A stretch of 64,000 bases of DNA from Mobula hypostoma (taxonomy: Eukaryota), in assembly GCF_963921235.1 (NCBI RefSeq), contig NC_086097.1, positions 5,704,001-5,768,000 on the forward strand, in the 5' to 3' direction. The translations under genes were made by a program, and so were the position numbers. The notes under the pieces are model-generated. The model saw only the letters and a program-made list of their open reading frames with translations. It ran no database searches and was not told where the DNA came from. This document shows, in pieces, positions 1 through 11,041 of this stretch. The stretch's first letter is position 1; every line of letters starts with the position of its first letter.

Positions 1-94
1 GTTAGTTACTCTTGAAGCGTAAAAAGATTTAATTTTATTTTAAATCAGTATTTTATTTACCCACGCATTGCTGGTGTTTATTTGCCTCCAGTAT

Positions 95-415
95 CGTGGG
101 TGGAACAGCTGCATAGTAGTAAGCACAATTACTTTATAGTGTTTGCCATTGTTGATTGGGGTTCAGTTCACCCTGCTCTCTGTGAGGAGTTTGTACATTC
201 TCCCCGTGACCGTGCGAGTTTCCTCTGGGTCCTCCCATTTTCCAAAGATGTAAAGATAGGGTTAGGCTGAGTAAATTGTGAGATTGCTATGTTGGCACTG
301 GAAATGGTGACTCTTGCGGGCTGCCCCCAATATAAACGTCAGTGATTTGATTTGCTATAAATAATGCATTTCGCTGTATGTTTCAACGTACATGTAACAA
401 ATGAAGATAAACTCC
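95..415 (+). mobile_element. V-SINE-type tRNA-derived SINE (degenerate)
   Basis: Central core TGTGAGGAGTTTGTACATTCTCCCCGTGACCGTGCGAGTTTCCTCTGGG...TCCAAAGATG resembles the conserved V-SINE domain; related copies at 8553, 10598, 25985 and 57775. Confidence 0.7.
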
Positions 416-952
416 TTTTGGCATGGTATGCATTAATACAAAAAGCCTAACTCAGACTTTGTGCATTGGACTAGGGTTGGATAGCACAACGACAGAAAAT
501 TAGAAATCATGAAATTCACATCTACTCTTTGAACATTTATTAGGCCCTAAGGTTTAATACTAATATTTTAGAATAGAAGAAGGGCTTCCTGCAAAAAATA
601 TAGTTACTTATTTACAATGCACCTGCAAGTTAGTAATAACTTTAAGTAAGATAGATGTTGACCACACTTTTGTAAATTAATGTTAACTTGACACTATTTA
701 CATGATTAGTTACAATGCCACTATGGCCACAGCTGCAAGAATAATATATTCACAATGATTGGCCATAAAGTGAAAGTTGAATCAGTTTTATCCCTCAAAG
801 GTATAGATCTGAAATATAAATGTATCTGTATTAAGCATAACAGCAGTCTTTAATTTTCTAATTGTGTTGATACTATATGACCTGTCACAACTTTTCTTAC
901 TCTGAATGACCTCAGCGGATGAACCTCCACACCTTTAATTCTTCCCGTAACA

Positions 953-1320
953 GAATAATAATAACTTATTTGTAGAGCACTTTTCATACTGATAATGTAG
1001 TTCAAAGTGATTCACTATCAGATAAAGTGCAAGCATGAAAGAATGTAAAAAATAAAAGTAAACATGAAAATAAAAGGCAAAAAGATGTCAGTTAAAAGCA
1101 AGATTATATAGATTTCTTTATAAAAAAAATAGGTTTTGAGCTGGTGTTTAGAACTTTCCACTGAGTCTGCATCCCTTCTAATTTTGAATTCCACAGTTTG
1201 GGAGGGCAGCTCAAAAAAGCTGACCTGCTAATTATCTTCTGAGGGAGAATTTTTAAACTTAAGGGACTGGTGGAAGAAGACTGGAGAGCTCGAGCAGCAT
1301 TTCTAAAACAAAGTCAATTT
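953..1320 (-). mobile_element. L2-clade LINE 3' end fragment
   Basis: (AAT)n tail followed by TTATTTGTAGAGCACTTTTCATAC...AAATAGGTTTTGAGCTGG...GAATTCCACAGTTTGGG, the typical reverse-complemented 3' end of fish L2 elements. Confidence 0.55.
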
Positions 1321-1328
1321 GTGATGTA

Positions 1329-2035
1329 TTCAAAGTTCAAACTTCAAAGTAAATTTATCAAAGTACCGTATACAGCCCTGAGATTCACTTTCTTGTGGTC
1401 AGTCACAGTAAGTGTAAGAACCACAACAGAACCAATGAACGACCATACCCAACAGGATGTCAAAAACATTGCAAATACAGAAAGAAAGAGAAGTAATATT
1501 GATAATAATAAAAAAATTAATAAATATTGAGAACACGAGATGACGAGTTCTTGGTTGTGGGAGCAGTTCAGTAATGGGGAGAATGAAATTATCCCCTTTG
1601 CTCAAGAGCCTGATGGATGAGGGGTAATAACTGTTCCTGAGCCTGGTGGTGTGGGTCCTGAAGCTCCTGTACCTTCTCCTTGATGGCAGCAGTGATAAGA
1701 GAGCATGGCCTGTGTGCTGGGGATTCCTGATGATTGGATGCTCCTTTCCTGCATCAATTCTCCGTGTAGATGTGCTCAATGGTTGGGAGGGTTTTACCCA
1801 TGATGGACTAGGCCGTTTCCACCACTTTGTCTAGTGCTTTCCTTTTCCTTTCAAGGCCAGAGGTATTTCCACACCAGGCTGTGATGCAACCAGCAATATA
1901 CCCTTTATCTATAGAAGCTTATTGATGTTTTGGATGTCCTCCTAAGTCTTTGCAAACTTCTAAGAAAGTAGAGGAGCTGCTTTGATTTTTTCGTAATGGT
2001 ACTTACGTGCTGGACTCAAGACAGATCCTCAGAAA
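1329..2035 (-). mobile_element. Rex1/Babar LINE 3' fragment
   Basis: Minus-strand peptide HTGHALLSLLPSRRRYRSFRTHTTRLRNSYYPSSIRLL (Rex1 RT C-terminus) plus a TTTGAA-type tail. Confidence 0.8.
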
Positions 2036-2171
2036 TAATAGGTTCCAGTAAGCAGGGTAATCCATGACACCTATGTGTTTAAATATTGTACTGCATCAGG
2101 AGTTGTGTCAGGTATTTGTGGGGATTTATTTATTGGCAGGACTTGAGCATCACTGGAAATGCTGGTATTTA

Positions 2172-2346
2172 TTGTTCATCTCCTACACTGACGAGAGGGA
2201 CAGTTGTTCATCACCAACACTGTCCTACACTGACGAGAAGGGCAATTGTTCATCCCCTAACCTGATGAGGGGGTGCAGTTGTTCATTCCCTACACTGATG
2301 GGGGATGGGGGTTACAACTGTTCCTCCCCTACGGATGAGGGGTTCA
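2172..2346. repeat. Degenerate minisatellite, about 33-42 bp x5
   Basis: Units TTGTTCATC-CCCTACACTGAYGAGRGGG-CAR start near 2172, 2204, 2246, 2279 and 2318. Confidence 0.75.
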
Positions 2347-2349
2347 TAT

Positions 2350-2975
2350 AAAAGACAACCTATCAATGCATCTGTAAAGAAAACAAGACAGGGGCTGCAA
2401 TTCATTTGGAGTTTGAGGATATTTTGTTTATCAACTAAAACACTCGAAAAGTTCGACAGATGAATCATGGAGAACATTCTGACTGACTGCATTAGTGTGT
2501 GGTGAGGGGTGGGGTGGGGATCGAAGTAAACTGCAAAGAGAGGTAAAAGTAATTAGCTCTATCATAGGCACTAGCCTCTGCAGTATCCAAAACATCTTCA
2601 AAGAGCGGTGCCTCAGAAAGGCAGCATTCATCACGAAGAACCACCACCTCCCAGGTCACGCCCTCTTCTCATTTCTACCATCATGGAGGAGGTACAGAAG
2701 CCTGAAAGGTACACATTCAGCGAGTCAGGAACAGCTTCTTCCCCTCTGCCATCTGATTTCTAAATGGACATTGAACTCATGAACACTACCTCACTACATT
2801 TTTCTTATTTCTGTTTTTGCACTACTTTTTTCATTTAACTATTTAACATGCATACTTGATATATACTTACTGCAATTCATATTTTCTACAATTATCATGC
2901 ATTGCATTGTACTGCTGTTGCAAAGTTAACAAATTTCATGACATATGCCAGTGATATTAAGCCTGATTCTGATTT
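2350..2975 (+). mobile_element. Rex1/Babar LINE 3' fragment
   Basis: ORF 2495-2782 reads ERCLRKAAFITKNHHLPGHALFSFLPSWRRYRSL; (GATTCT)n tail. Confidence 0.8.
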
Positions 2976-3377
2976 ATTAATGTTGGGTTCAAATCACATA
3001 CAGACCACACCAGGTAAGGTTGGCAGACTTCTGCCTGCTGCCATCTGGAAGAAGGTACAGGAGCCTCAGGACTCACACCATCAGGTTCAGGAACAGTTAT
3101 TACCCCTCAACCATCAACCCCTTGAACCAGAAGGGATAACTTCACTCAACTTCACCCACCCCATCACTTAACTGGTCTCACAATCTATGGACTTGCTTTC
3201 AAAGACTCTTCATCTCATATTCTTGATATTTATTGCTTATTTATGTGTTATTGTTACTTTGTTTATTTGTTTCTTTATTTTTTTATTTGCACAGCCAGGA
3301 GAATGGAGTTGAGAGGGAAAATAAATCTACCATGATACAATGATGGGCTGAATGCCTAAACCCTGCTCCTATGTCTT

Positions 3378-5582
3378 GTGGACATGTGGTCATACTTTGT
3401 TGTCTTTTGCACATTGGTTGTTTGTCCATCTTTGTTGTATGAAACAAAGGTTCAGAACTTAAAGAGGGGTAACTTTGAAGGTATGAGACGTGAATTAGCT
3501 AAGATAGACTGGCAAATGACACTTAAAGGATTGAAGGTGGATATGCAATGGCAAGCATTTAAAGGTTGCATGGATGAACTACAACAATTGTTCATCCCAG
3601 TTTGGCAAAAGAATAAATCAAGGAAGGTAGTGCACCCGTGGCTGACAAAAGAAATTAGGGATAGTATCAATTCCAAAGAAGTAGCATACAAATTAGCCAG
3701 AGAAAGTGGCTCACCTGAGGACTGGGAGAAATTCAGAGTTCAGCAGAGGAGGACAAAGGGCTTAATTAGGAAGGGGAAAAAAGATTATGAGAGAAAACTG
3801 GCAGGGAACATAAAAACTGACTGTAAAAGCTTTTATAGATATGTAAAAAGGAAAAGACTGGTAAAGACAAGTGTAGGTCCCCTGCAGACAGAAACAGGTG
3901 AATTGATTATGGGGAGCAAGGACATGGCAGACCAATTGAATAATTACTTTGGTTCTGTGTTCACTAAGGAGGACATAAATAATCTTCCAGAAATAGTAAG
4001 GGGCAGAGGGTCCAGTGAGATGGAGGAACTGAGTGAAATACATGTTAGTAGGGAAGTGGTGTTAGGTAAATTGAAGGGATTAAAGGCAGATAAATCCCCA
4101 GGGCCAGATGGTCTGCATCCTAGAGTGCTTAAGGAAGTAGCCCAAGAAATAGTGGATGCATTAGTGATAATTTTTCAAAACTCGTTAGATTCTGGACTAG
4201 TTCCTGAGGATTGGAGGGTGGCTAATGTAACCCCACTTTTTAAGAAAGGAGGGAGAGAGAAACCGGGGAATTATAGACCGGTTAGCCTAACGTCGGTGGT
4301 GGGGAAACTGCTGGAGTCAGTTATCAAGGATGTGATAACAGCACATTTGGAAAGCGGTGAAATGATCGGACAAAGTCAGCATGGATTTGTGAAAGGAAAA
4401 TCATGTCTGACGAATCTCATAGAATTTTTTGAGGATGTAACTAGTAGAGTGGATAGGGGAGAACCAGTGGATGTGGTACATTTGGATTTTCAAAAGGCTT
4501 TTGACAAGGTCCCACACAGGAGATTAGTGTGCAAACTTAAAGCACACGGTATTGGGGGTAAGGTATTGGTGTGGGTGGAGAATTGGTTAGCAGACAGGAA
4601 GCAAAGAGTGGGAATAAACGGGACCTTTTCAGAATGGCAGGCGGTGACTAGTGGGATACCGCAAGGCTCAGTGCTGGGACCCCAGTTGTTTACAATATAT
4701 ATTAATGACTTGGATGAGGGAATTAAATGCAGCATCTCCAAGTTTGCGGATGACACGAAGCTGGGTGGCAGTGTTAGCAGTGAGGAGGATGCTAGAAGGA
4801 TGCAGGGTGACTTGGATAGGTTGGGTGAGTGGGCAAATCCATGGCAGATGCAATTTAATGTGGATAAATGTGAAGTTATCCACTTTGGTGGCAAAAATAG
4901 GAAAACAGATTATTATCTGAATGGTGGCCGATTAGGAAAAGGGGAGGTGCAACGAGAACTGGGTGTCATTATACACCAGTCATTGAAAGTGGGCATGCAG
5001 GTACAGCAGGCGGTGAAAAAGGCGAATGGTATGCTGGCATTTATAGCGAGAGGATTCGAGTACAGGAGCAGGGAGGTACTACTGCAGTTGTACAAGGCCT
5101 TGGTGAGACCACACCTGGAGTATTGTGTGCAGTTTTGGTCCCCTAATCTGAGGAAAGACATCTTTGCCATAGAGGGAGTACAAAGAAGGTTCACCAGATT
5201 GATTCCTGGGATGGCAGGACTTTCATATGAAGAAAGACTGGATGAACTGGGCTTGTACTCGTTGGAATTTAGAAGATTGAGGGGGGATCTGATTGAAACG
5301 TATAAGATCCTAAAGGGATTGGACAGGCTAGATGCAGGAAGATTGTTCCCGATGTTGGGGAAGTCCAGAACGAGGGGTCACAGTTTGAGGATAGAGGGGA
5401 AGCCTTTTAGGACCGAGATTAGGAAAAACTTCTTCACACAGAGAGTGTTGAATCTGTGGAATTCTCTGCCACAGGAAACTGTTGAGGCCAGTTCATTGGC
5501 TATATTTAAGAGGGAGTTAGATATGGCCCTTGTGGCTACGGGGATCAGGAGGTATGGAGGGAAGGCTGGGGCGGGGTTCTGA
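3378..5582 (+). CDS. CR1 ORF2 reverse transcriptase, endonuclease domain missing
   Basis: 734-aa ORF with KSPGPDGLHPRVLKE, NYRPVSLTS, DFQKAFDKVPH, GIPQGSVLGP, SKFADDTKL and LVRPHLEYCVQFWSP; the first ~20 codons are flanking DNA, so the start is not native. Confidence 0.9.
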   Translation: MDMWSYFVVFCTLVVCPSLLYETKVQNLKRGNFEGMRRELAKIDWQMTLKGLKVDMQWQAFKGCMDELQQLFIPVWQKNKSRKVVHPWLTKEIRDSINSKEVAYKLARESGSPEDWEKFRVQQRRTKGLIRKGKKDYERKLAGNIKTDCKSFYRYVKRKRLVKTSVGPLQTETGELIMGSKDMADQLNNYFGSVFTKEDINNLPEIVRGRGSSEMEELSEIHVSREVVLGKLKGLKADKSPGPDGLHPRVLKEVAQEIVDALVIIFQNSLDSGLVPEDWRVANVTPLFKKGGREKPGNYRPVSLTSVVGKLLESVIKDVITAHLESGEMIGQSQHGFVKGKSCLTNLIEFFEDVTSRVDRGEPVDVVHLDFQKAFDKVPHRRLVCKLKAHGIGGKVLVWVENWLADRKQRVGINGTFSEWQAVTSGIPQGSVLGPQLFTIYINDLDEGIKCSISKFADDTKLGGSVSSEEDARRMQGDLDRLGEWANPWQMQFNVDKCEVIHFGGKNRKTDYYLNGGRLGKGEVQRELGVIIHQSLKVGMQVQQAVKKANGMLAFIARGFEYRSREVLLQLYKALVRPHLEYCVQFWSPNLRKDIFAIEGVQRRFTRLIPGMAGLSYEERLDELGLYSLEFRRLRGDLIETYKILKGLDRLDAGRLFPMLGKSRTRGHSLRIEGKPFRTEIRKNFFTQRVLNLWNSLPQETVEASSLAIFKRELDMALVATGIRRYGGKAGAGF

Positions 5583-5672
5583 GTTGGATGATCAGCCATG
5601 ATCATAATAAATGGCGGTGCAGGCTCGAAGGGCCGAATGGCCTACTCCTGCAACTATTTTCTATGTTTCTAT
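3438..5672 (+). mobile_element. CR1-clade LINE, 5'-truncated, young
   Basis: Uninterrupted ORF2 to its natural stop, then a short 3' UTR GGCCGAATGGCCTACTCCTG and a TTTCTATG-repeat tail. Confidence 0.95.
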
Positions 5673-5924
5673 CTTTCTTTTTTATTAACTCTATTGCTTT
5701 TCTTTGTATTTACTGTGAACCACCACAAGAAAATGAATCTCAGGTTTGCACATGGTGACCTATACATAATGTACTTTGTTAAAAAATTTACTTTTATAGA
5801 TTTTACTGAAGGACCCTACTCTGAATGGACTGTTCCAACAATACAATAGTTTTTTTGGTCATTGTTACTGTGACTCAGTTCATTTTGTATTTACCTCCAG
5901 AATTCATATTCATGCCTCTTAATT

Positions 5925-6190
5925 AATGGTCCAGAAATCTAACTGACTGTCCAGTAACTTACCCATCCAATGGTTCAGAAACTATATGGCTTGTCCAGCA
6001 ACTTACCCCTTACAATGGCCCAGAAATCAGACTGCTTGTCCGGTAACTGTCCCCTTCAATAGTTTAGAAATTATATGAGTTGTCTCACAACTTACTCATT
6101 CAATAGTCCAGAAATCTGATTGCTTGTCCAGTAACTTTCCTGTTCAATGGTTCAGAAATCAAACTGCTTGCCTAGCAACTTAACCATTCT
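5925..6190. repeat. 44-bp minisatellite x6
   Basis: Units AATGGTCCAGAAATC...TGCTTGTCCAGTAACTTACCC.TTC start at 5925, 5969, 6014, 6058, 6102 and 6146. Confidence 0.9.
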
Positions 6191-6261
6191 TTGTCTGTAA
6201 CCTTGTCTTTATGCTTATCTTTATGCTTTATGCTTCATCTGTTGAGGTTCCTTATGGTTGT

Positions 6262-6570
6262 TATAGCTGGAGGAAAGAGTGAGGCTAAGCTCCCACTACT
6301 TATTAAATGCTCCTAAAGACATGTAGCTCCTGGCTTTCATGTGTAGCTTACCAAGCCCAGGGAAACCATTTCTACTGAAAGGAGAAGGGGCAAAGATGGG
6401 TTACAGGTGCCTTAAAACCAGTTGCTTTGGGCAGGTGGGGCCCATTAGTCATGCTTGGCTGCTCATACTCGAGGAGGAAAACTTCTGATCACAAACCCTC
6501 TGCTGTCTTGCAGGTGTAAACCCAGAGGGAAAAGCTAGAGGTGGAGTCCCTAAGGCAGTCCTACGTTGAC
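6262..6570 (+). mobile_element. Probable RTE-related short non-coding element
   Basis: GC-richer non-coding block with GAGGAGGAAAACTTCTGATCACAAACC, similar to RTE 5' UTR motifs; recognised by pattern only. Confidence 0.35.
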
Positions 6571-6660
6571 ACACACAAAATGCTGGAGGAACTCAGCAAG
6601 CCAGGCAGCATGTATCGAAAAAGAGAACAGTTGACATTTCAAGCCGAAACCCTTCTTCAA
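6569..6660 (-). mobile_element. Penelope-derived terminal repeat fragment
   Basis: ACACACAAAATGCTGGAGGAACTCAGC...CAGTTGACATTTC..CCGAAACCCTTC matches the terminus of the PLE at 28773-29475. Confidence 0.75.
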
Positions 6661-7139
6661 AAAGAGAGGGAAGAAATAGTGAGGCAGTGTTCATGAGTTC
6701 AGTGTCCATTCAGAAATCTGGTGGCAGAGGGGAAGAAGCTGTTCTTAAAATGTTGAGTGTGTGTCTTCAGGCTCCTGTACTTCCTCCCTGAAAGCAGCAA
6801 TGAGAAGAGAGCATATCCTAGGTTGGGAGGGTCCTTAATGAAGGGTCAGCCTTTTTGAGGCATCGCCTTTTGTTTATATCTGTTACTTCCACGGCTTTAA
6901 AGTCTTTCGGTCCCAGTGTTGCCTTTGTGGTTAACGTTTTTAGTCATAAGGGTAATGAGATTTAGCTGTTTCCCAGTTTGCAGTCACTTTGATTCTATAC
7001 ACTAATTAAATATTTTAAAGTGCGTCTTTCCTAACTAATGGTGCAACCTACATTGGGAAATTGCTGCTGCATTTGAGATGTGATGGTCAAGGACAGTCAG
7101 GAGTACAAATTGAAACCAATTAATTTGGTTCTCATGAAC

Positions 7140-7920
7140 AATAAGCATGCCTGGTAAGTTCAGAGGGAATGATTTCAAAGGAGATGAGAGCAGCATTTTT
7201 TTTCCCAGAGAGAGTGGAGGATGCCTGGAATCTGTGCCTGCTGGTAGAGGCAGATACGTTAAGGATTTTAAGACACATTTAGATAGGCATAGAAATGTGA
7301 GGAAAATGGAAGGATATGTAGGCAGAGGAGATTAGTTTGGTTGGTCATTTGATTACTAATGTAATTGAGTTGGTACAACATTCAGAAGAACAAGGGATGA
7401 TCTCATTGAAAACTATCAAATGTTGAAAGGCTTCTTTAGAGTGGATGTGGAGAGGATGTTTCTGATGGTGGGGGAATCTACCATCAGAGGACACAGGCTC
7501 AAAGTAGAGGAGGGTCCTTTTAGGATGGAGATGAGGAGGAATTTCTTTAGCCCGTAAGTGGTGAAGCTCTGGAATTTGTTGCTACAGGCTGCTGTGGAGG
7601 CCAAGTCATTGGGTATATTTAAGATAGAGGTTGACACATTCTTATTCACGGCATGAAGTGATGTGGGGAGAAGGCAGCAAGTGGGGGCTGAAGGGGAAAA
7701 TAGATTAGACCTGTTGAAATAACAGAGCAGTCTCGATGGGCCAAACGTAGTCTTCGGTTCTGAAGGAGGGTCCCAGTAAGAAACGTCGACTTCTCTTTCC
7801 TTTCCATGGATGTTGCCTGACCTGCTGAGTTCCTCCAGCATTTTGTGTGTGTTGCTTTGGATTTCCAGGATCTGTAGCTTTCTTGTCCAAACGGCTTGGC
7901 TTAAACGGTCTTATGGTCTA
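7140..7920 (+). mobile_element. Two CR1 3' fragments with an embedded Penelope terminal repeat (7758-7886)
   Basis: CR1 C-terminal motifs (GGGATGATCTCATTGAAAACTATCAAATG; ERMFLMVGESTIRGHRL) and the PLE motif GAAACGTCGAC...CCTGACCTGCTGAGTTCCTCCAGC. Confidence 0.75.
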
Positions 7921-8552
7921 ACATTGTGTTCCCGTGTTGTACTGCTCATTGTTCTATGTTCTCATTGCCAGTTAGTGAGAAGAAGAAGAGCTAAAGACAA
8001 TGAAAATTAAATATAGAAAGTAACGGGAAACAGATTGAGAGACATTATATGTGAATTGTTTGCTTCTATATTAAAGCAAAGCAAGTTTGTCAATAGAGTT
8101 TTAGATAACAACCAATTTTAAACTACGTGTTTAATTACATAATGTCAAACAATATTAACAACACGTACAAAATATTTCTTCACCAACAGTATTTTTAAAT
8201 AATCAGAAGTTAAATAGTGAGTAGATATATTGTCGCTCATGATAAGTTCTTGCTTTAGTAATCAGTTAAAATGCAATAAATTATATGCTGCTTATTTTTC
8301 AGTCTTCTTTAAGAATTAGTCATCTAAATAATTCACATCAAATCACAACAATCATATAATTACCAAGAATTTAATTGAGGAAGTGAGTACATCTTTGCCT
8401 CGTACAATAGTTAAGGTTTTTAATCCTTCATAGTATTACCTGTCATTTGGACTACCAACAGTGTGATTAATTTTCAAAAGCTTTTCAACTCAATTGTCAG
8501 GACAGTGTTATTAATTCCATCAGGTAGAATTTATTTACATTTTTAGTAACTT

Positions 8553-8830
8553 GGGCGCTATGGTAGCATAGTGGTTAGCACAATGCTATTCCAGTTCGGG
8601 CATTTCTGGAGTTCAGAGTTCAATTCCAGTGCTGTTTTGTAAGAAGTCTCCGTGTGTCCTCCCCATGGAATGTGTGGCTTTCCCCGGGTCTTCCAGTTAA
8701 CTGGTCATTGTAAGTTGTCCCGTGATTAGGTCAGGGGTAATTGGTGTTGTAGGAGGTTGCTGGGGCGACATTGCTCGAAGGGCCAGAAGGGCTTACTCCA
8801 CACTATATCATTAAATAAAAAATTAAATTA
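8553..8830 (+). mobile_element. V-SINE-type tRNA-derived SINE
   Basis: A-box-like TAGCATAGTGG, B-box-like GTTCAATTCC, V core and A-rich tail. Confidence 0.7.
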
Positions 8831-9242
8831 AAATATTATGCATGATTATCATTTTATATTTTAAAAAGTGTAATTGTTGGCAGTTCATTTGGGTTGAGGC
8901 ACTAGCAGAGAGACTGCAGTGTACAGATTTCTATTTTGTAAAGATATTCATGTGTAAATTCTATGGGGGTTTCTTTTTCTTCATAGAGCTTACATTAATT
9001 GTTGTTGTCTGTATTTGGCTACTTATGGCATCAGTTTACCTGCTACTATATTCTTTAGGAGCTCCACTGGGACTTCCATGTGTCCTGTTGCAAAGCAATC
9101 TCTTTTGCGGTGGAGTCCATATTCACGATGTTTCATTGTACTGGCATAGACTGCACCATTGTACATGACATGCAGTTTCAAAGGAACGCAAGAAGTTGCT
9201 TAGAAAACAAATGATCCCAAATCAGTTTTCCCTGTAGCAACG

Positions 9243-9248
9243 CACACA

Positions 9249-9345
<97 letters not shown>

Positions 9346-9490
9346 ACACACAGACACACACACACACACTCACACACACAGACATACACACACTCACACA
9401 CACAGACATACACACACACACACACAGACACACACACAGACACACAGACACACACACACACACACACACTCACACACACACAGACACACA

Positions 9491-9568
<78 letters not shown>
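9243..9568. repeat. Interrupted (CA)n microsatellite, about 325 bp
   Basis: Directly visible, with GA, TA and CT interruptions. Confidence 0.99.
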
Positions 9569-9570
<2 letters not shown>

Positions 9571-9719
9571 ACTGGAGGAACTTAGCTTGTCAGGCTATGG
9601 AGTGGAATGAACAGTTGACTTTTGGGCCGAGATGCCAGAAACAAAATGTTGGCGGGGGTGGGGGGTGGAAAGGATATTTATCTTCAATTTTTAACTTTAA
9701 TTCTTTTTAACTTCTAGCC

Positions 9720-10598
9720 TAATGATGAATTTGAGTACAGAGAGGAAATTAAGAACCGGGTGGCATGGTGCAAAGACAATAACCTATCCCTCAACTTCAG
9801 CAAGGTGAAGGAATTGGCTGTTGACTTCAGAAGGAGTAACGGATCGCACAACCCCATCTACACCAGTGGTGCGCAGGTGGAACAGGTCAGAAGCTTTAAG
9901 TTCCTTGGGGTCAATATCACAAATGACCTGACTTGGTCCAACCAAGCAGAGTCCACTGTCAAGAAGGCCCACCAGTGCCTTTACTTCCTGAGAAAACTAA
10001 AGAAATTTGGCCTGTCCCCTAAAACCCTCACTAATTTTTATAGGTGCACCGTAGAAAGCATTCTTCTAGGGTGCATCACAACCTGGTATGGAAGTTGTCC
10101 TGTCCAAGACTGAAAGAAGCTGCAGAAGATCGTGAACATGGCACAGCACATTACATAACCAATCTTCCATCCGTGGACTCACTTTACACCGCACGCTGTC
10201 GGAGCAGTGCTGCCAGGATAATCAAGGACACGACCCACCCAGCCAACACACTTTTCGTCCCTCTTCCCTCCGGGAGAAGGCTCAGGAGCTTGAAGACTCG
10301 TATGACCAGATTTGGGAACAGCTTCTTTCCAATTGTGATAAGACTGCTGAACGGATCCTGACCCGGATCTGGGCCGTACCCTCCAAATATCCGGACCTGC
10401 CTCTCGGTTTTTTTGCACTACCTTACTTTCCATTTTTCTATTTTCTATTTATGATTTATAATTTAAATTTTTATTAGATTTGCTATCGATTTGTACTCCA
10501 GGGAGCACGAAGCGCAGAGTCAAATATCGCTGCGATGATCGTACGCTCTAGTATCAATGGTTTGGCGACAATGAAGTAATGAAGTAAAAGAAAGTAAT
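9720..10598 (+). mobile_element. Rex1/Babar LINE, 5'-truncated
   Basis: WCKDNNLSLNFSKVKELAVDFRR, FKFLGVNIT, FYRCTVESIL, LPSGRRLRSLKTRMTRFGNSFFP; AAGTA-repeat tail; one stop and one frameshift. Confidence 0.9.
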
Positions 10599-10840
10599 GA
10601 GCCGTGCCACCCAGCAACTGACCTGTTTAACACGAGCCTAATCGCAGGATAATCCACGATGAACAATTTACCTACTAACTGGTACATCTTTGGACTGTGA
10701 GAGGAAACCAGAGCACCTGGAGGAACACCTCGCGATCACGGGGAGAACGTACGAACTCCTTACCGGCAGCAGCAGGAAATGAACCTGGTTGCTGATACTT
10801 GTAGAGTGTTGTGCTAAGCACTCGGGGCTACCATGCCACT
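10598..10840 (-). mobile_element. V-SINE-type SINE
   Basis: Reverse complement of the V core: TTTGGACTGTGAGAGGAAACCAGAGCACCTGGAGGAA...CACGGGGAGAACGTAC. Confidence 0.75.
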
Positions 10841-11041
10841 GCACTCCTGTTATAAAGTAACACATGCTAAACAGTCAACAGCAATGGTTTTACTATTCCT
10901 GAAAAACTGAACCGACAGGAGGATTCCAGTGACATCATCGTCCAGAATGGCAGCTTAAATCAACAGCTCCTCTGGAAAAACACATATATTGCCCTGATAA
11001 CCTATCAAATATAAGATCTTCTGAAAATATCTGAATTGATA

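Larger units (their letters stand above)
3030..5800 (+). mobile_element. Rex1/Babar 3' fragment split by two CR1 insertions
   Basis: The Rex1 C-terminus and 3' UTR (3030-3295, 3395-3437, 5673-5800) resume around a short CR1 tail (3296-3392) and the long CR1 (3438-5672). Confidence 0.65.

Noticed and set aside
2172..2346. Tandem hammerhead array suggested by repeated CTGAYGA
   Set aside because: No GAAA box or cleavage-site arrangement follows any unit.
3378..5582. Domesticated host gene or retron-like RT system
   Set aside because: Ordinary 5'-truncated CR1 with its own 3' UTR and tail, inserted in another TE; no native start and no partner genes.
3452..5605. Antisense and alternative-frame ORFs overlapping CR1 (likewise over L1 and Rex1)
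   Set aside because: Shadow ORFs of retroelement coding sequence.
5925..6190. CRISPR-like regular repeats
   Set aside because: Contiguous degenerate units with no unique spacers, no cas genes, and a eukaryotic context.
9040..9198. Possible minus-strand exon (...MKHREYGLHRKRDCFATGHMEVPVELLKNIVA)
   Set aside because: Weak acceptor and donor (GTAAAC) and no recognisable peptide.
9178..9569. Cys/Val-rich ORFs (CVCVCV...)
   Set aside because: Translation of the (TG)n microsatellite; not a protein.
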